64,000 nt of DNA. Origin: an uncultured Pseudomonadota bacterium. GTDB taxonomy: Bacteria; Oederibacteriota; Muellerivitia; Muellerivitales; Muellerivitaceae. The translations under genes were made by a program, and so were the position numbers. The notes under the pieces are model-generated. The model did not search any database. It had not been told where the DNA came from and saw nothing but the letters and a program-made list of their open reading frames with translations. Of this stretch, positions 48,491 to 59,732 are shown piece by piece. The DNA is taken from positions 1 to 64,000 of the forward strand of contig CAWJKT010000018.1 in assembly GCA_963843375.1 (NCBI GenBank). The letters run 5' to 3'. The stretch's first letter is position 1. Each line of letters opens with the position of its first letter.

Positions 48491-48520
48491 TTGTTCAAAA
48501 CGGGGGCCTAGAGTGGACAT
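48491..48520 (+). repeat. Palindromic array site 2
   Basis: TTGTTCAAAACGGG-GG-CCTAGAGTGGACAT, 59 bp after the stop at 48431. Confidence 0.7.
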
Positions 48521-48685
48521 GTAAAAAGAAAACTTTGATGCTTATTTTTTCTTCGAATCCACTAGACTTTCTCATGGTCAAAAATAACTTTTAAAGAGTC
48601 AAACAATTCCTGAATAATCCGTAGCATCTACAAACCCTAGCCTTTGTAGCGTCAGCGTTTTTAGCAGGCTTGGTGGCGGTAGGTT

Positions 48686-48968
48686 ATGCGGGTCTTTTTA
48701 AAATATTTGAGGGTTTTTATCACCAAATTTCAACGGCTCATCCCTTTGGATTTGGTTCTGGACCCCTCTTTGCCTGCTGGCTGGCTGGGCCATGGTTTAT
48801 TTTCTTGCGACGGATGGTGTTGACGGACTTTTGTCTATCAAAGTAGTGGAGAATTTGAGGAATGTTCGCCAGCAGGAGATCGAATTTTTCAAGCAGAACG
48901 GTCAAAAACAAATCACTCCCGACCAAGAGAGCCAGTTGACGGCAATGTTGCAAAGGAATCCGATCTAA
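48686..48968 (+). CDS. Probable small membrane protein, frameshifted and missed by the ORF track
   Basis: MRVFLKYLRVFITKF.. then, in a shifted frame, LWIWFWTPLCLLAGWAMVYFLATDGVDGLLSIKVVENLRNVRQQEIEFF..RNPI*. Confidence 0.4.
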
Positions 48969-49021
48969 ATAAAAATCATATTTAATGCCCGATCAGCGGC
49001 ATTTCCAACATTCCGATTCTT

Positions 49022-49051
49022 CCCTCCGTAACGGGAGCCCGTTGCGGACAA
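49022..49051 (+). repeat. Palindromic array site 3
   Basis: CCCTCCGTAACGGG-AG-CCCGTTGCGGACAA. Confidence 0.65.
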
Positions 49052-49397
49052 ATTTATTCGGGAAACCCCAACGGAATAATTCTAGGTTTAACCTTCCAGT
49101 TGTCGTTGGAACCGGTTCCATTTTAAAAAAATGAGCTCAGGTTTTTTTTACGGGATAAAAATTAAGATCGAAGTGGAAAGGAGTTGGCTGCAAAGGATAT
49201 GATGCCAAGTAATTTCTGGACGATTTCGAAGCCCTAATAAAAAAGAACCCCAGAGTACAGAATTTTCGTAGTAAGGTTTTTGACGCTGAAAAATAAATAA
49301 ATTTCTTTCTGGCTTCCCGCACTACTTGACCTCTGGGGTAAAAAAAATTTAATTTAGAACATCTTAAAACGTTATTTTAAAAGAAAGGTCCCCGCCC

Positions 49398-51647
49398 TTG
49401 AAGCCGATCCTTCCTTCCGGCCCCGCCGGAACCCTTTTAAGGGTCTTCTTTCTTCTCTTGTCCGGTCTTTGGGTTTCCCAAGCGGTGGCTCAGACCACCG
49501 CCACCTGCGCCCAGTACGATACCATCAGCACGACCGGTTCCCCCGCCTACAACGTTCAGACAAATTATTGGAACGAAGGCACTTGCGCGGGCACCCAATG
49601 CGTGACCATCAACGACGCCACCGGGGCGTTCGGTGTCACCGAGGCCACATTCAACTGCGGATCCACCGTGGCCAGCTATCCCTCCATTTATTATGGTTGC
49701 CACTTCGGCGATGCCAGCCCCGGCACCAATCTCCCCATGCTGGTCAGCAACCTTACCTGTGTCACCTCCAGTTGGAATTTCACCCCTCCTGCGGACACGA
49801 CGGGGGATTCCTTCGATATCGCCTATGACATCTGGTTCGCCCCCGCCAGCCAACCTACCTGCGCCGATGACAGTGGCGGTTACGACAATGGAGCGGAGCT
49901 GATGATTTGGTTGAACTATGTGGGCGACACGCCCCTGCCTACGGCTTCGGTGACCGTTGCCACTGGCATTTCCCTGGCCGGATATACATGGAACATCTAT
50001 GAAACACCTTCGTCTACCCTCGGGTGGACTTACATGTCCTACCAAATTACCCCTAACGTCACCTCGGTTAGCAACTTGGATCTCTTGGACTTCTTTAAGG
50101 ACGCCCTTTCCCGGGGTTTTATCGAAAATACTTGGTATCTCGCCGCCGTCGAGGCCGGCGACGAGTTGAGGACGGGGGGGGTGCCTTTTGTCAGCAACTC
50201 CTACTCGGTGGCCGTCAATAGCGGTTGCACCGTCGTACCCACCTCCACTCCCGGCAATACCTCCACGGCCACTCCGACCTTTACCTTCAGTTCCACTCCC
50301 TCCTCCACGGCCAGCGCCACGCCTACTTCAACGAAAACCGTCACCAGCACCCCAACAAACATTTTTACGAACAGCCCGACGAGTACCCCGACCTCCACAG
50401 TGACGTATAGTTTGACGCCCACTCCTTCACGCACTGCCAGTGCCACGCCGACCTCGACGAAAGCTCCCACCAGCACCTCAACCGCCACGCAGACGGATAG
50501 TCCGACTCAAACTTCGACGGATTCGACGACCCCGACCGATACCAACACCGCGACTGTTACGCCGTCCCTCACCGCTTCGGCTTCACCGACGCCAACTGCC
50601 ACCAGTTCGCCCACTACAACTTCCACCGATAGCCCGACCAATACGTCCACGAACACGGCAACCTCAACACCTACTTTCACTCCGACGAATAGTCCCGTGG
50701 CCACACCGACTCATACCATGACTAGCACGCCCACTCCGACTCCGCCTACGACCTATACCGCTACGAATACACCCGTCTATACCGAAGCCAACACGGCGAC
50801 CAGCACGGCAACAACGACTGCCACCAATACGGGCACGAATACGGCAACGTATTCCGCGACAACAAGCCCCACCAAAACATCTACGGCGACCGCTACCAAC
50901 TCTCAAACCAATATATCGACCGCCACCCCGACCAACACAGCCACCAATAGTCTGACGGCCACCTCTACGAACAGTCCTACTTCAACCTCGACCCTTACCC
51001 CCACCGTCACCCCAACCCTTACGAACACCGAAACCAACAGCCCGACCCAAACCCCAAGTAGCACGGAGACCCTTCCTCCCACCAACACCCTTACCAATAG
51101 CCCGACGGGCACTTTTACGTATTCGATGACCGCTTCGCCGTCCTTCACGGCTTCGCCTACGCAAACGGCTACCACGACGAACACGCCAACCGCGACAGCT
51201 TCGGCCACGCCATTCTTGACTCTCGCTGCGTCCAATAGCTCCACCTCCACGGCCGTCCCCACTTCCACTAATAGTCCTACGCTCACCAACTCACCGACGG
51301 TGACGAACAACGCTACAGTTTCGACCACACCCACAAAATCCCCGACCCAAGTCTCGACGGGGGTTGTCATAGGAATTCCTTATCCCAATCCCGTGAAGGG
51401 TTCGGGCCCAGTGACCCTCCCGCTACAATTACCCCCCGGCTCCACGTTCGAATGGAGCGTTTTTACGACAGCCTTCCGCAAGGTCCTGGATATTCCCAAT
51501 CCCATTTTGGGCGATAGCGCGGTCCTAGTCTGGAACTTGGACGATGCTTGGGGAAAACCGGTGGCCAGCGGTCTTTACTACCTGAGGGTCCAGGTCGCCG
51601 GTCCGGTCAAAACCTCCAAAATTCTGAAGGTTCTGGTGATCCGCTAA
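49398..51647 (+). CDS. Secreted glycoside hydrolase family 12 (endoglucanase-like) with Thr-rich stalk and FlgD-Ig/T9SS-CTD-like C-terminus
   Basis: YNVQTNYW, SYPSIYYGCHFG, DIAYDIWF, GAELMIWLNY (nucleophile Glu) and WYL.AVEAGDE (acid/base Glu). The C-terminus reads PYPNP..VFT.AFRKV..WN..D.WGKPVASGLYY..KILKVLVIR. Confidence 0.88.
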   Translation: MKPILPSGPAGTLLRVFFLLLSGLWVSQAVAQTTATCAQYDTISTTGSPAYNVQTNYWNEGTCAGTQCVTINDATGAFGVTEATFNCGSTVASYPSIYYGCHFGDASPGTNLPMLVSNLTCVTSSWNFTPPADTTGDSFDIAYDIWFAPASQPTCADDSGGYDNGAELMIWLNYVGDTPLPTASVTVATGISLAGYTWNIYETPSSTLGWTYMSYQITPNVTSVSNLDLLDFFKDALSRGFIENTWYLAAVEAGDELRTGGVPFVSNSYSVAVNSGCTVVPTSTPGNTSTATPTFTFSSTPSSTASATPTSTKTVTSTPTNIFTNSPTSTPTSTVTYSLTPTPSRTASATPTSTKAPTSTSTATQTDSPTQTSTDSTTPTDTNTATVTPSLTASASPTPTATSSPTTTSTDSPTNTSTNTATSTPTFTPTNSPVATPTHTMTSTPTPTPPTTYTATNTPVYTEANTATSTATTTATNTGTNTATYSATTSPTKTSTATATNSQTNISTATPTNTATNSLTATSTNSPTSTSTLTPTVTPTLTNTETNSPTQTPSSTETLPPTNTLTNSPTGTFTYSMTASPSFTASPTQTATTTNTPTATASATPFLTLAASNSSTSTAVPTSTNSPTLTNSPTVTNNATVSTTPTKSPTQVSTGVVIGIPYPNPVKGSGPVTLPLQLPPGSTFEWSVFTTAFRKVLDIPNPILGDSAVLVWNLDDAWGKPVASGLYYLRVQVAGPVKTSKILKVLVIR

Positions 51648-51710
51648 AGCAGTCCGCTGAAATGAAAATTTTTATCTGAAATAAAGTTCATTAAAAATCT
51701 TGAAAAGTGT

Positions 51711-51740
51711 TTGTCCACGACGGAGACTCAGATTGGATGA
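51711..51740 (+). repeat. Palindromic array site 4
   Basis: TTGTCCACGACGGA-GA-CTCAGATTGGATGA, 63 bp after the stop at 51647. Confidence 0.85.
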
Positions 51741-52376
51741 AAGTTTTCGGTAATTTGGATTTGAAAAGACGGTTATCTCGGGTTTGGATGTCAGGATAAA
51801 AAATTATGGTAATTGTCTCTTACTTCTTTTGGCGGCGGACCTAGGTTACCCGTCACATTTAACCGTCCAGGAATCGATATCCGAGTCTCCCTAAGAAGTC
51901 AAATGAACCACGATTGGAAGGAGATTCGTCAAATTTGGGTCAATTTTGTCCGGGGTTTGAATTATTTTTGAAATTTTCGACTTAATCCATCAGACTTTTT
52001 CCTTGGCATTAAATATGCCCTGTAAAAGTGCCAATGTTAAAAATAGGCATTGGGTGAAAGAACTTTTATGATAACGGGGGTTCCAGTATTTCTGGGGCTA
52101 AACTATTTAAAAATCAATTTTTGACCTGATTAAATTTCAGATATTTATTTATGGAGTCTATGGGTGCCTTGTTCGCGGATTCTATTACGTGGTGGTGACC
52201 ACCCCGGAGAGAAGGCGTTCCATCGGGAAACTGCTGATTTTGAGATGAATCCCTAATAATAGACATAGATCGACTTCTTGAATTGGCTTGCGAGTAGACA
52301 AATATATTTCTTTAGTAAATATTTTATTTGAAATTAGTCAGGGCTGATTAAAAATCAAGCCAAATGAATATTTTTG

Positions 52377-52406
52377 TTGTACACGATGGGGACCCGTAAT
52401 GGACAA
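52377..52406 (+). repeat. Palindromic array site 5
   Basis: TTGTACACGATGGG-GA-CCCGTAATGGACAA, 30 bp before the start at 52437. Confidence 0.9.
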
Positions 52407-52436
52407 TCAAACCTTTAAAATGAAAGAACGGTTTTC

Positions 52437-52934
52437 GTGAATTATCTAACCCTCTTTGACATAACAACCGTAGGGTATAAGTCCCTGCCTTCCTTAGGAC
52501 CCGGCTTTATCATTTTCTGTGTTGGGTTGCTGGTTTTTTTCGCCAATGAAAAGTTAAAAAATAGGATTTTTGGACCGTTTTGGACTAAGTCAAGGTTAAG
52601 GATCTTTTCAATCATTTATACCGGTTTTGCGGCTCTTTTTTCTATTTCCGGATTAGTACATACCTACTCTGATTATTCCAGACTGAAAAGCGCATTTTTG
52701 AACAATCAGTGTGAAATAGTCGAGGGTGTGGTCACTCAATTCGTACCCATGCCCGTTACAGGCCATGCCGATGAAAGTTTTACCGTAAACAATCATAGTT
52801 TTAGGTATTCAGATTACGAATTAACGGCGGGATTCAATAATACACAATCCCATGGTGGGCCGATCAAAGCAGGCTTACAAGTTCGTATTCATTGTCTAGG
52901 GAACGAAATCGCAAAATTGGAAATCGCCAGATAA
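52437..52934 (+). CDS. Hypothetical membrane protein (two transmembrane helices plus a small beta domain)
   Basis: 165-aa AT-rich ORF filling the interval between sites 5 and 6. Confidence 0.75.
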   Translation: MNYLTLFDITTVGYKSLPSLGPGFIIFCVGLLVFFANEKLKNRIFGPFWTKSRLRIFSIIYTGFAALFSISGLVHTYSDYSRLKSAFLNNQCEIVEGVVTQFVPMPVTGHADESFTVNNHSFRYSDYELTAGFNNTQSHGGPIKAGLQVRIHCLGNEIAKLEIAR

Positions 52935-52963
52935 AAGAAAACGTGAACAAACGGTTTTCGGGA

Positions 52964-52993
52964 TTGTCCACGGCGGGGACGCAGAAGGAACAA
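52964..52993 (+). repeat. Palindromic array site 6
   Basis: TTGTCCACGGCGGG-GA-CGCAGAAGGAACAA. Confidence 0.88.
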
Positions 52994-53033
52994 TTGCAAA
53001 GAGATTAAATGAGGTTCTTGGGAGGGAGTATTT

Positions 53034-53861
53034 ATGATTTTTTTGAAGTTTCCATTTCTTTGCCTAATTGCGGCATTGGGTATTTATTTTGTAAATTTTA
53101 AATATGGAATTTCACAAACAAATCCAACCCCAGAAATGAACGTTCCAATCACGATTCTGCAAAAACCTGTCCTGGTACGATTGAAACAAACAAAAGATGA
53201 TGTTTTCTTAATCAGTGTTGATTTCGGAAAAGACCATTTTTCTTTCAAGTCCGAAGGCTATGACAATTCCTTGCCCGAATATTTAAAAACGTTCGGGTGG
53301 AAAGAAAATTATTTATTTGTTCATCAGTGGAATGGTTGTGGGAGTTGCCATAAAGGGGTTGTGGATCGGGTTTATAAAATCATAAACGGTCATCTGGTTG
53401 AATTGGGTGAAATACGGTCGCCCGAAGATGCGAAATCCCCTGGGGAAGAATATAACAATGGTTTATTTGAAGATTTGTATAACAAGTTTGAGGGCACTGA
53501 TTTAACAGCGCATGTACATAGTCCCGATATGTTATTAGCGTTGAGGGAAAGTGAGGGAAAGTTGCTTGTCGATTTGCGTGAAACATGGTTAAAAAATGAA
53601 ACTGAGTATTTAGAAACGAACGGCAAACTCGAAGCGTTTTCCACCCCGACTGGCAAAGAAAACGATCGACAAGAATCACCACTTTGGATGATTTTGGGAA
53701 ACGGTGTTGTGGCCAAATATTGCAAAAAGAGCAAAGAGTTAAATAAAACAATGCAACAGGCCAAAAGGCTTTTAACGAACGAAGATATTAAAAAAATTAG
53801 ATCTGTTTTGAATGAAGTTATTCCTGGAGAATTAAGTCCTAGAGAAGATGAAATGCCCTAA
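53034..53861 (+). CDS. Hypothetical secreted protein
   Basis: 275-aa AT-rich ORF with an N-terminal hydrophobic segment and RBS GGAG, filling the interval between sites 6 and 7. Confidence 0.75.
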   Translation: MIFLKFPFLCLIAALGIYFVNFKYGISQTNPTPEMNVPITILQKPVLVRLKQTKDDVFLISVDFGKDHFSFKSEGYDNSLPEYLKTFGWKENYLFVHQWNGCGSCHKGVVDRVYKIINGHLVELGEIRSPEDAKSPGEEYNNGLFEDLYNKFEGTDLTAHVHSPDMLLALRESEGKLLVDLRETWLKNETEYLETNGKLEAFSTPTGKENDRQESPLWMILGNGVVAKYCKKSKELNKTMQQAKRLLTNEDIKKIRSVLNEVIPGELSPREDEMP

Positions 53862-53868
53862 TGGGTGG

Positions 53869-53898
53869 TTGTCCACGGCGGGGAACCGTCGTGGACAG
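53869..53898 (+). repeat. Palindromic array site 7
   Basis: TTGTCCACGGCGGG-GA-ACCGTCGTGGACAG, 7 bp after the stop at 53861. Confidence 0.92.
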
Positions 53899-54090
53899 GT
53901 AAAGTAAGATGATATTATGTGACTGCCACAAATCGACCTAATTTTTTGTATTAAAATTGTTTTTAGAGGTATGCCGGTATTTGTGCGATTTAAGGATAAA
54001 ACAAGAAGTGATAATAATTTGTTAAATTTGTCCGAAGGGTCAAAAAGTCATTGGACTTTCTTGAAGAATTATTAGAATGTAAATATATGG

Positions 54091-57000
54091 TTGTCAGATA
54101 TTTTTTTGGGGTCAATAGTGTTTTATAAAGTAGGTATATCTTTCTTTAAAAAAAATATTTTTTTCCTTTCGTTTGCTTGTGCTATTTGGCTGTTTGGGCA
54201 TGACGCCGCAGCTCAAACTTTCCCGCTACCCATCCCAACCGTTTGTATTTGCTTGGACAGCGGGGATGGGGGGGATTTGATTGTCTCGGATGTGGCCAAT
54301 CCCCAGGATGTGGGTTCCATCGCACCCGTGGTTAGCGTGAACCCCTATCCAGGTTGGTTTCCTGCCTGCGGAAATTCCAACTTTATTTCGGATAACACTG
54401 CGGGGTTAGTTACGCCTGCGACAAGTGAAGACACCAACCAAATTGTTGTCCAAAGAACACTCAACCTTAGTTCCTTAACTGCCTCTCAACTGGCCCAAGT
54501 GACTTTCAGCCTTAGCGTCAAAGCAGACGACGCCATAACGGTTATCGTGAATAACAATTCCGGCAGTCCGGCATTGAGCTGCGGGGGGGTGAGTTTACCG
54601 GCTTGTTTTCTCAACGGTTGCGACACGCTAACGGGCACCAATAGCGGCGCTTTTCAAAACCAATTCACTGCCGGCTTTAACACTGTCGATTTCGTCATCC
54701 AGGATATTTACGGCGGCCATATCGCGGGGGATTTTGAGCTTTGCGCCTGTTATCCGGCGCCTTCGCCCACGGCCACCTTAACCCCCACCGAAACCTCAAC
54801 CAACACCCAAACGAATACCGACACCTTGACCCCAACCAGTTCCACAACCTACACTCCCAGCCCGACGCCGACACTCACTCCCACTCCGACCGCAACCAAC
54901 ACCCAAACGAATACCGACACCTTGACACCGACCAGTTCCGCCACCTACACACCCAGCCTGACGCCGACCATCACTCTTACCCTTACCCCCACCGATACAG
55001 CCACGAATACGCCCACCTCAACTCCGCCGGGTTGCTATAGCTTGTCGCAAGTCCTGCCTATCAATAAATCCGTGGCGCCCGCAAGGATCCAGGGACCTTC
55101 GGACGTGGCGGTAGACCCCACAACGGGGGACTTATTCACCGTGGGTTCAGATAATGCGAAAGCCGGATTTTCTAACCAGATCGTGGTGAAGTCCGACCCT
55201 GCGGGGAACTTTATCATGTCCTGGGCCGTTCCCGGCGTGGCGATGGCGGCCCATCTAAGCACGGATTTGAATGGAAACGTTTATGTGGGATACCAAACGA
55301 CGGCTGGGCGGAATTTCGTCCAAGAATACAGTTCCGTTGGAACGCCCATCGGCGGTCCTCTGGGCCCCTTCGGCACGATCGATCTCTTTATGGCGAACGA
55401 CCCAGTTACCGGAGACCTCTATGTGCTGGATGGTTACCTGGTCTATCGTTATGGCCCGGGCAATGTATCCTTGGGCCCACCCTTCACCCTTTCCCGGACG
55501 TTATTCCGTTCGGGAGCAACCACCGGCATCGCCATCGACGGATCCCAGAACATCTATATCGGGGACAACGGCACGCGAAGCGTGGTGGAGATCAGCGAAA
55601 CGACAGGCCTCCTTGAAAAAACCATTTCCTTGCCGGTCGGTAGCGGAGTAGAGGACCTAGCTTGGGATCAGGCTACGAACCAACTTATCGTTGGTTATAT
55701 CAACCATTTCCAGGCGATCGACAGCAATGGAAACTTGGCGGGCACCTTTGCGGGTTCCGGTCAATTCACCGATTTGACGGGAGTGGGAGTTGACCCCAAC
55801 GGCTGTGTCCTGGCGACCGTCGACACGAGTAGGGACGTAGAACGTTGGTGCCCTTGCTACCTCCCAACGAAAACTCCAACCGATTCGCCTACCGCCACTC
55901 CAACCCTAACTCCGGAAGCCACCGCCTGTTTCAAATACGTTTCGGTCCTGGGGGCCTTTGGCGGCGGGGCGGCTCCGGGAGACCTAGCACTGCCGTACAC
56001 CGACACGGTGGACGGATCGGGCAATGTTTTTGTGCTTAACGGTTCGGCGGGGAATAAAACCCTTATCACTAAATACAATTCCGCGGGGAAATATGTCCTT
56101 CAATGGACCGTCCCATTCAATGACGGACCGGGGGGCTTCATCGCCGCCAACAGCAAGGGCGATGTTTACCTAGTCTATCCAACAGGAGATGGCGTTTACT
56201 CGATCCAAGAATACGGCCCAACCGGTATGCCCCTCGGGGTCCCCTTCGGCCCCCTTGACAACGTAGCGGGTATCGCTATCGGCCCGGGCGATCGGCTGTA
56301 TGTCCGAACCTTTCCCCCCACGAACGAAGGTCAAGGAGATGTTTGGGTCTACAACTCCTCCAACGTCCTCTTGCCCGACAGTTCATTTACTTACCCCGGC
56401 CCAGGCGGCGGATTCGGGATCACCGTGGATCTTTCAGGTAATGTTTATCTTGCAGGTATTGAGAATGGAATGCGGGAATACAATGCCGGCGGGCAATTGA
56501 TCAATCAATTCAAGGCGAATTCGGCCGTGCAAATCGCCTTTGACAATGTGACAAATGAGGTCCTGTCCACGGACGGCTCCAAGGTTTATATCTATAGCCC
56601 GGGCGGGCTATCCTTGGGATCTTTCGGAGTTGCCGGGACGGGCCCCGGAAAGTTTATTTATGCCGACGCGGTCGCTGTGGACCAGTCCACTGGCTGCGCC
56701 TATGTAGTGGATCCGGACCAGCAAGTGGTGGAGAAGTGGTGCCCGTGCGGATCTGGCGGCACCTCAACAAACACCGCTACCAATTCGCCCACCTTCACTG
56801 TGAGCCAAACAAGGACGTCTACGGGCACTTCGACAGTTACTTTCACCTTAACCTTGACAGGGACCTTTACAGCCACCCCAACTCCCACCCCTTCACCGAT
56901 CCCTTCCAACACTCCAATAAGCTCGGCTACCTCCACGGCATTCTCGACGGCCACCGGTTCGCCCACTCCTAGCCCCACTCCGACGGAAACTCTGAGTCCC

Positions 57001-58458
57001 ACGGGAACGGAGACCCCCACCCCGACAGAGACCAATACCGCCACGAATACGGCGACCCTTTCCCCAACCCTTAGCCTTACCCCAACGGAATCCAATACGC
57101 AAACAAATTCAGCCACCCTTACCCCTACTTTTAGCGTTACCCCGACGGCTTCCCCGACAACCACCGGTTCGGTCACCTCCACGGCAACCTTTACCCCAAC
57201 CTTAAGCTCCACTTTAACGGCAACCTTGACTGCGACCACTACTTCCACTTTCACCATAACTTCAACTGCGGCTTGCAAATGTGTCGGGTCATTTACTTCC
57301 TCCCGGGACGTGAACAATATCCTCTTTCCGGCTCCAGGAGAATTTTGTTATTTCGTCAATCTGGGTATAACTTTCTCAACATGTTCGGGAAATATCCCCG
57401 TTTCTTTCTATGCCACCAGTACGAACGGAGACATATATACTCCCAGCACTATATCGATCACCCTTTCCTCGGCCAATAATTTTACCTTCGAAGAACCGGT
57501 CACCTTTTGCGGACCACTGGTCCCGGGAAATGTCATCACCATATTCGCCGCCTTTCCGGGAACTTGTTATGAGACCACCAATTTTGGAACCGAAACCGTC
57601 GTCGCCCCTACTCCTACTCCAACGATTACTTCCACCCCCAGCTGTAGCTGTTCTTCCTTTAACTTTAACTCTTGCGCGACGAGTGCAACCTCGATCGGTT
57701 CACAGTCGGGCTGCTACAAGGTTTTAGTGAATTATCAATGGACAAGTTGCGCATTGCTCACCGGGTTCCCGGTTTCTTTCTTTGTGACCTCGGCCAGCGG
57801 CGATTACACCATCAGTCCGGATTCGGTTACTTTCGGCGCCTGTGGGGCTGTGCCCTGTGCGGGGGCGGTGGCGGATTTCCCCTTCACCATTTGTGGCCCG
57901 TCGTTAAGCGGAAATCCAGTGACCATCAATTTCCTCAATCCCAGCGGAACCCTTTGCGACGGACCGGGTCAATGCGGACCTATCTTGTTGCCCACTTTTA
58001 CCACCACTCCCACTGCCACGAAATTGCCGACTAACTCGCCAACCCCGACACCGACCTTTACACCCACCAGTACACCTATCGCGATGGCCATGGCTTCCCG
58101 GTCAGACTTCATACAAGCCTCAAGGTTGAATCCGAACTCCACCGGGAGCCCCTCCAACACTTCCGGGTTGTTGGGGAATGTGGCGGCCCTGCCCAACCTT
58201 TCAAGAGGGTTCGAGCCGATCAAGTTCGAGGTTATTCTGGGACATCCGGCCCAGTTAACTCTTATCATCTATAGTTTGTCTGGGGAGAACCTTTATTCGA
58301 CAGTTTGGGAAGGTAACGCTGGAGTGAACCAATGGGTTTGGAATCTGGAAAACCGCTTTTCCCAACAAGTGGCCAGTGGACTTTATATTTATTTGATCGA
58401 GGCCAACGACGGGCAAATACGAGAATTGGAAACGGGAAAACTGGTTATCCTTCACTAG
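54091..58458 (+). CDS. Large secreted multidomain protein: two NHL/beta-propeller-like regions, Cys-rich modules, Thr-rich linkers, FlgD-Ig/T9SS-CTD-like C-terminus (start approximate)
   Basis: [22 protein letters not shown] and FG..G.GPG.F.Y..AVAVD repeats, with T-x linkers. The C-terminus reads LPN...[35 protein letters not shown]. Confidence 0.82.
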   Translation: MSDIFLGSIVFYKVGISFFKKNIFFLSFACAIWLFGHDAAAQTFPLPIPTVCICLDSGDGGDLIVSDVANPQDVGSIAPVVSVNPYPGWFPACGNSNFISDNTAGLVTPATSEDTNQIVVQRTLNLSSLTASQLAQVTFSLSVKADDAITVIVNNNSGSPALSCGGVSLPACFLNGCDTLTGTNSGAFQNQFTAGFNTVDFVIQDIYGGHIAGDFELCACYPAPSPTATLTPTETSTNTQTNTDTLTPTSSTTYTPSPTPTLTPTPTATNTQTNTDTLTPTSSATYTPSLTPTITLTLTPTDTATNTPTSTPPGCYSLSQVLPINKSVAPARIQGPSDVAVDPTTGDLFTVGSDNAKAGFSNQIVVKSDPAGNFIMSWAVPGVAMAAHLSTDLNGNVYVGYQTTAGRNFVQEYSSVGTPIGGPLGPFGTIDLFMANDPVTGDLYVLDGYLVYRYGPGNVSLGPPFTLSRTLFRSGATTGIAIDGSQNIYIGDNGTRSVVEISETTGLLEKTISLPVGSGVEDLAWDQATNQLIVGYINHFQAIDSNGNLAGTFAGSGQFTDLTGVGVDPNGCVLATVDTSRDVERWCPCYLPTKTPTDSPTATPTLTPEATACFKYVSVLGAFGGGAAPGDLALPYTDTVDGSGNVFVLNGSAGNKTLITKYNSAGKYVLQWTVPFNDGPGGFIAANSKGDVYLVYPTGDGVYSIQEYGPTGMPLGVPFGPLDNVAGIAIGPGDRLYVRTFPPTNEGQGDVWVYNSSNVLLPDSSFTYPGPGGGFGITVDLSGNVYLAGIENGMREYNAGGQLINQFKANSAVQIAFDNVTNEVLSTDGSKVYIYSPGGLSLGSFGVAGTGPGKFIYADAVAVDQSTGCAYVVDPDQQVVEKWCPCGSGGTSTNTATNSPTFTVSQTRTSTGTSTVTFTLTLTGTFTATPTPTPSPIPSNTPISSATSTAFSTATGSPTPSPTPTETLSPTGTETPTPTETNTATNTATLSPTLSLTPTESNTQTNSATLTPTFSVTPTASPTTTGSVTSTATFTPTLSSTLTATLTATTTSTFTITSTAACKCVGSFTSSRDVNNILFPAPGEFCYFVNLGITFSTCSGNIPVSFYATSTNGDIYTPSTISITLSSANNFTFEEPVTFCGPLVPGNVITIFAAFPGTCYETTNFGTETVVAPTPTPTITSTPSCSCSSFNFNSCATSATSIGSQSGCYKVLVNYQWTSCALLTGFPVSFFVTSASGDYTISPDSVTFGACGAVPCAGAVADFPFTICGPSLSGNPVTINFLNPSGTLCDGPGQCGPILLPTFTTTPTATKLPTNSPTPTPTFTPTSTPIAMAMASRSDFIQASRLNPNSTGSPSNTSGLLGNVAALPNLSRGFEPIKFEVILGHPAQLTLIIYSLSGENLYSTVWEGNAGVNQWVWNLENRFSQQVASGLYIYLIEANDGQIRELETGKLVILH

Positions 58459-58557
58459 AATGTTTAATGCAGGTTTTCTAATCTTCGGCTTACTGGAAAC
58501 AAAATCATTTTTGAAAGGACAGGAACGCACTTGGGTTTATTTGAGTAAGTAAATAAG

Positions 58558-58587
58558 TTATCCACGATGGGGAGCCGGATTGGACAA
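58558..58587 (+). repeat. Palindromic array site 8
   Basis: TTATCCACGATGGG-GA-GCCGGATTGGACAA. Confidence 0.9.
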
Positions 58588-58608
58588 GTTTCTTCGAGGG
58601 AGTATTAA

Positions 58609-58707
58609 ATGAAACGGTGTATTTTGACCGGTAGCCGGGTTCCGGTAAGGCGTCGATACTCCACGCCCTGAAGGCGGAAGGCTATCCGGCCATCAAGGAG
58701 GCATTAG
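58609..58707 (+). pseudogene. 5' remnant of a P-loop (AAA_28-like) ATPase/kinase gene
   Basis: RBS GAGGGAG and ATG. Restoring one base gives MKRCILTGxPGSGKASILHALKAEGYPAIKEA (Walker-A-like), and the resemblance then ends. Confidence 0.5.
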
Positions 58708-59385
58708 GTGAAGCGTTGTTTCCTTTTGCTGTTCCTGGCCTGTTTTCAGGTGTCCCTCGCCTGGGGGCAGGCAGAGTATTCCCTCCCCAATTCCGGGCAA
58801 ATCCAGGTAGGTTCGAATTATTTTGGACAATCGTTGGGCCTCTCCTATTCCCGGGATTTGGCCGGGCCCCTTTGGGCCGATTTCGCCCTGGAGACCCAAA
58901 GCATTTCTTTCCAGTCGGTCGCTGGCCAGACTTTTTTCGTGTTTAACAACAATTCCTACACTAATTTCAATATCGGCCTGGACGTCCATGATTTCGTCAC
59001 AATGGACCTATCCTTCCACCGCTCTGATAAATGAGTTTTCCGTATCCTCAATTCGCTGGCGGTCGGCATCACCCATTTTGACATGACCTTCCACCTTTCC
59101 TTCAACGGGGCGGACCCTTCCGATACTTTCCAGGGGCAGAGGGACATTTCCGCTTTCGCGCTTTATACGGACCTTCACCTGCTCGATTTTTACCCGCCTC
59201 ACGACAAACTCTTCTTTTCTCTGGGAATCAAGGGCAATACCGCCTTCCTTTCCAGCCCGCAAACGGTGAACGCCACGGATGGTTCGGGGGGAACCGCCTT
59301 TATTTCCTATTCCAGCGGGAACGGAGGGGCGATCATGTTTCCGGATTTGGAATTGTACCTAGGCCTTGGCTATGGTTTCGAATGA
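58708..59385 (+). pseudogene. Secreted beta-barrel-like protein with an in-frame TGA at 59032-59034
   Basis: Signal peptide. ORFs 58708-59034 and 59083-59385 are in the same frame, and the protein ends in LYLGLGYGFE. Confidence 0.55.
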
Positions 59386-59414
59386 TCGGGAGTAAATACG
59401 GAAAGCGGAGGGGG

Positions 59415-59444
59415 CTGTCCACGGCGGGGACCCGGATTGTACAA
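59415..59444 (+). repeat. Palindromic array site 9
   Basis: CTGTCCACGGCGGG-GA-CCCGGATTGTACAA. Confidence 0.92.
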
Positions 59445-59463
59445 AATTAACCGGAGATAAGAT

Positions 59464-59706
59464 TTGAAAATATTTAATAAATCCGTTCCTGTTCCAGTCT
59501 TAATAATTTTTTTAGGGTGGTTGGCTTTAATCTTTCAAGTATTTTTTTTCACGTTGGGCATGAGAATCGTTACCGATTGGGAAATTCGTTTTCTTTTATC
59601 CATGGGCATTGACCCGAAAGTTTTTTGGTGGATTTTCATTTTTTTAGTTGTGGTAATAAGTCCATTCTTTCTGAAGTATTACAACGATATCGAGAAAAAG
59701 AAATAG
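59464..59706 (+). CDS. Small two-transmembrane hypothetical protein
   Basis: 80-aa AT-rich ORF with a GGAG RBS, filling the interval between sites 9 and 10. Confidence 0.65.
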   Translation: MKIFNKSVPVPVLIIFLGWLALIFQVFFFTLGMRIVTDWEIRFLLSMGIDPKVFWWIFIFLVVVISPFFLKYYNDIEKKK

Positions 59707-59732
59707 TTGAGGTTTGGGGTGAAAGGTGGAGA

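Noticed and set aside
59032..59034. In-frame TGA as selenocysteine or alternative genetic code
   Set aside because: TGA terminates several clear genes here (e.g. acs and the vWA lipoprotein), no SECIS or redox context is evident, and the comparable lesion at 46661 is TAA.
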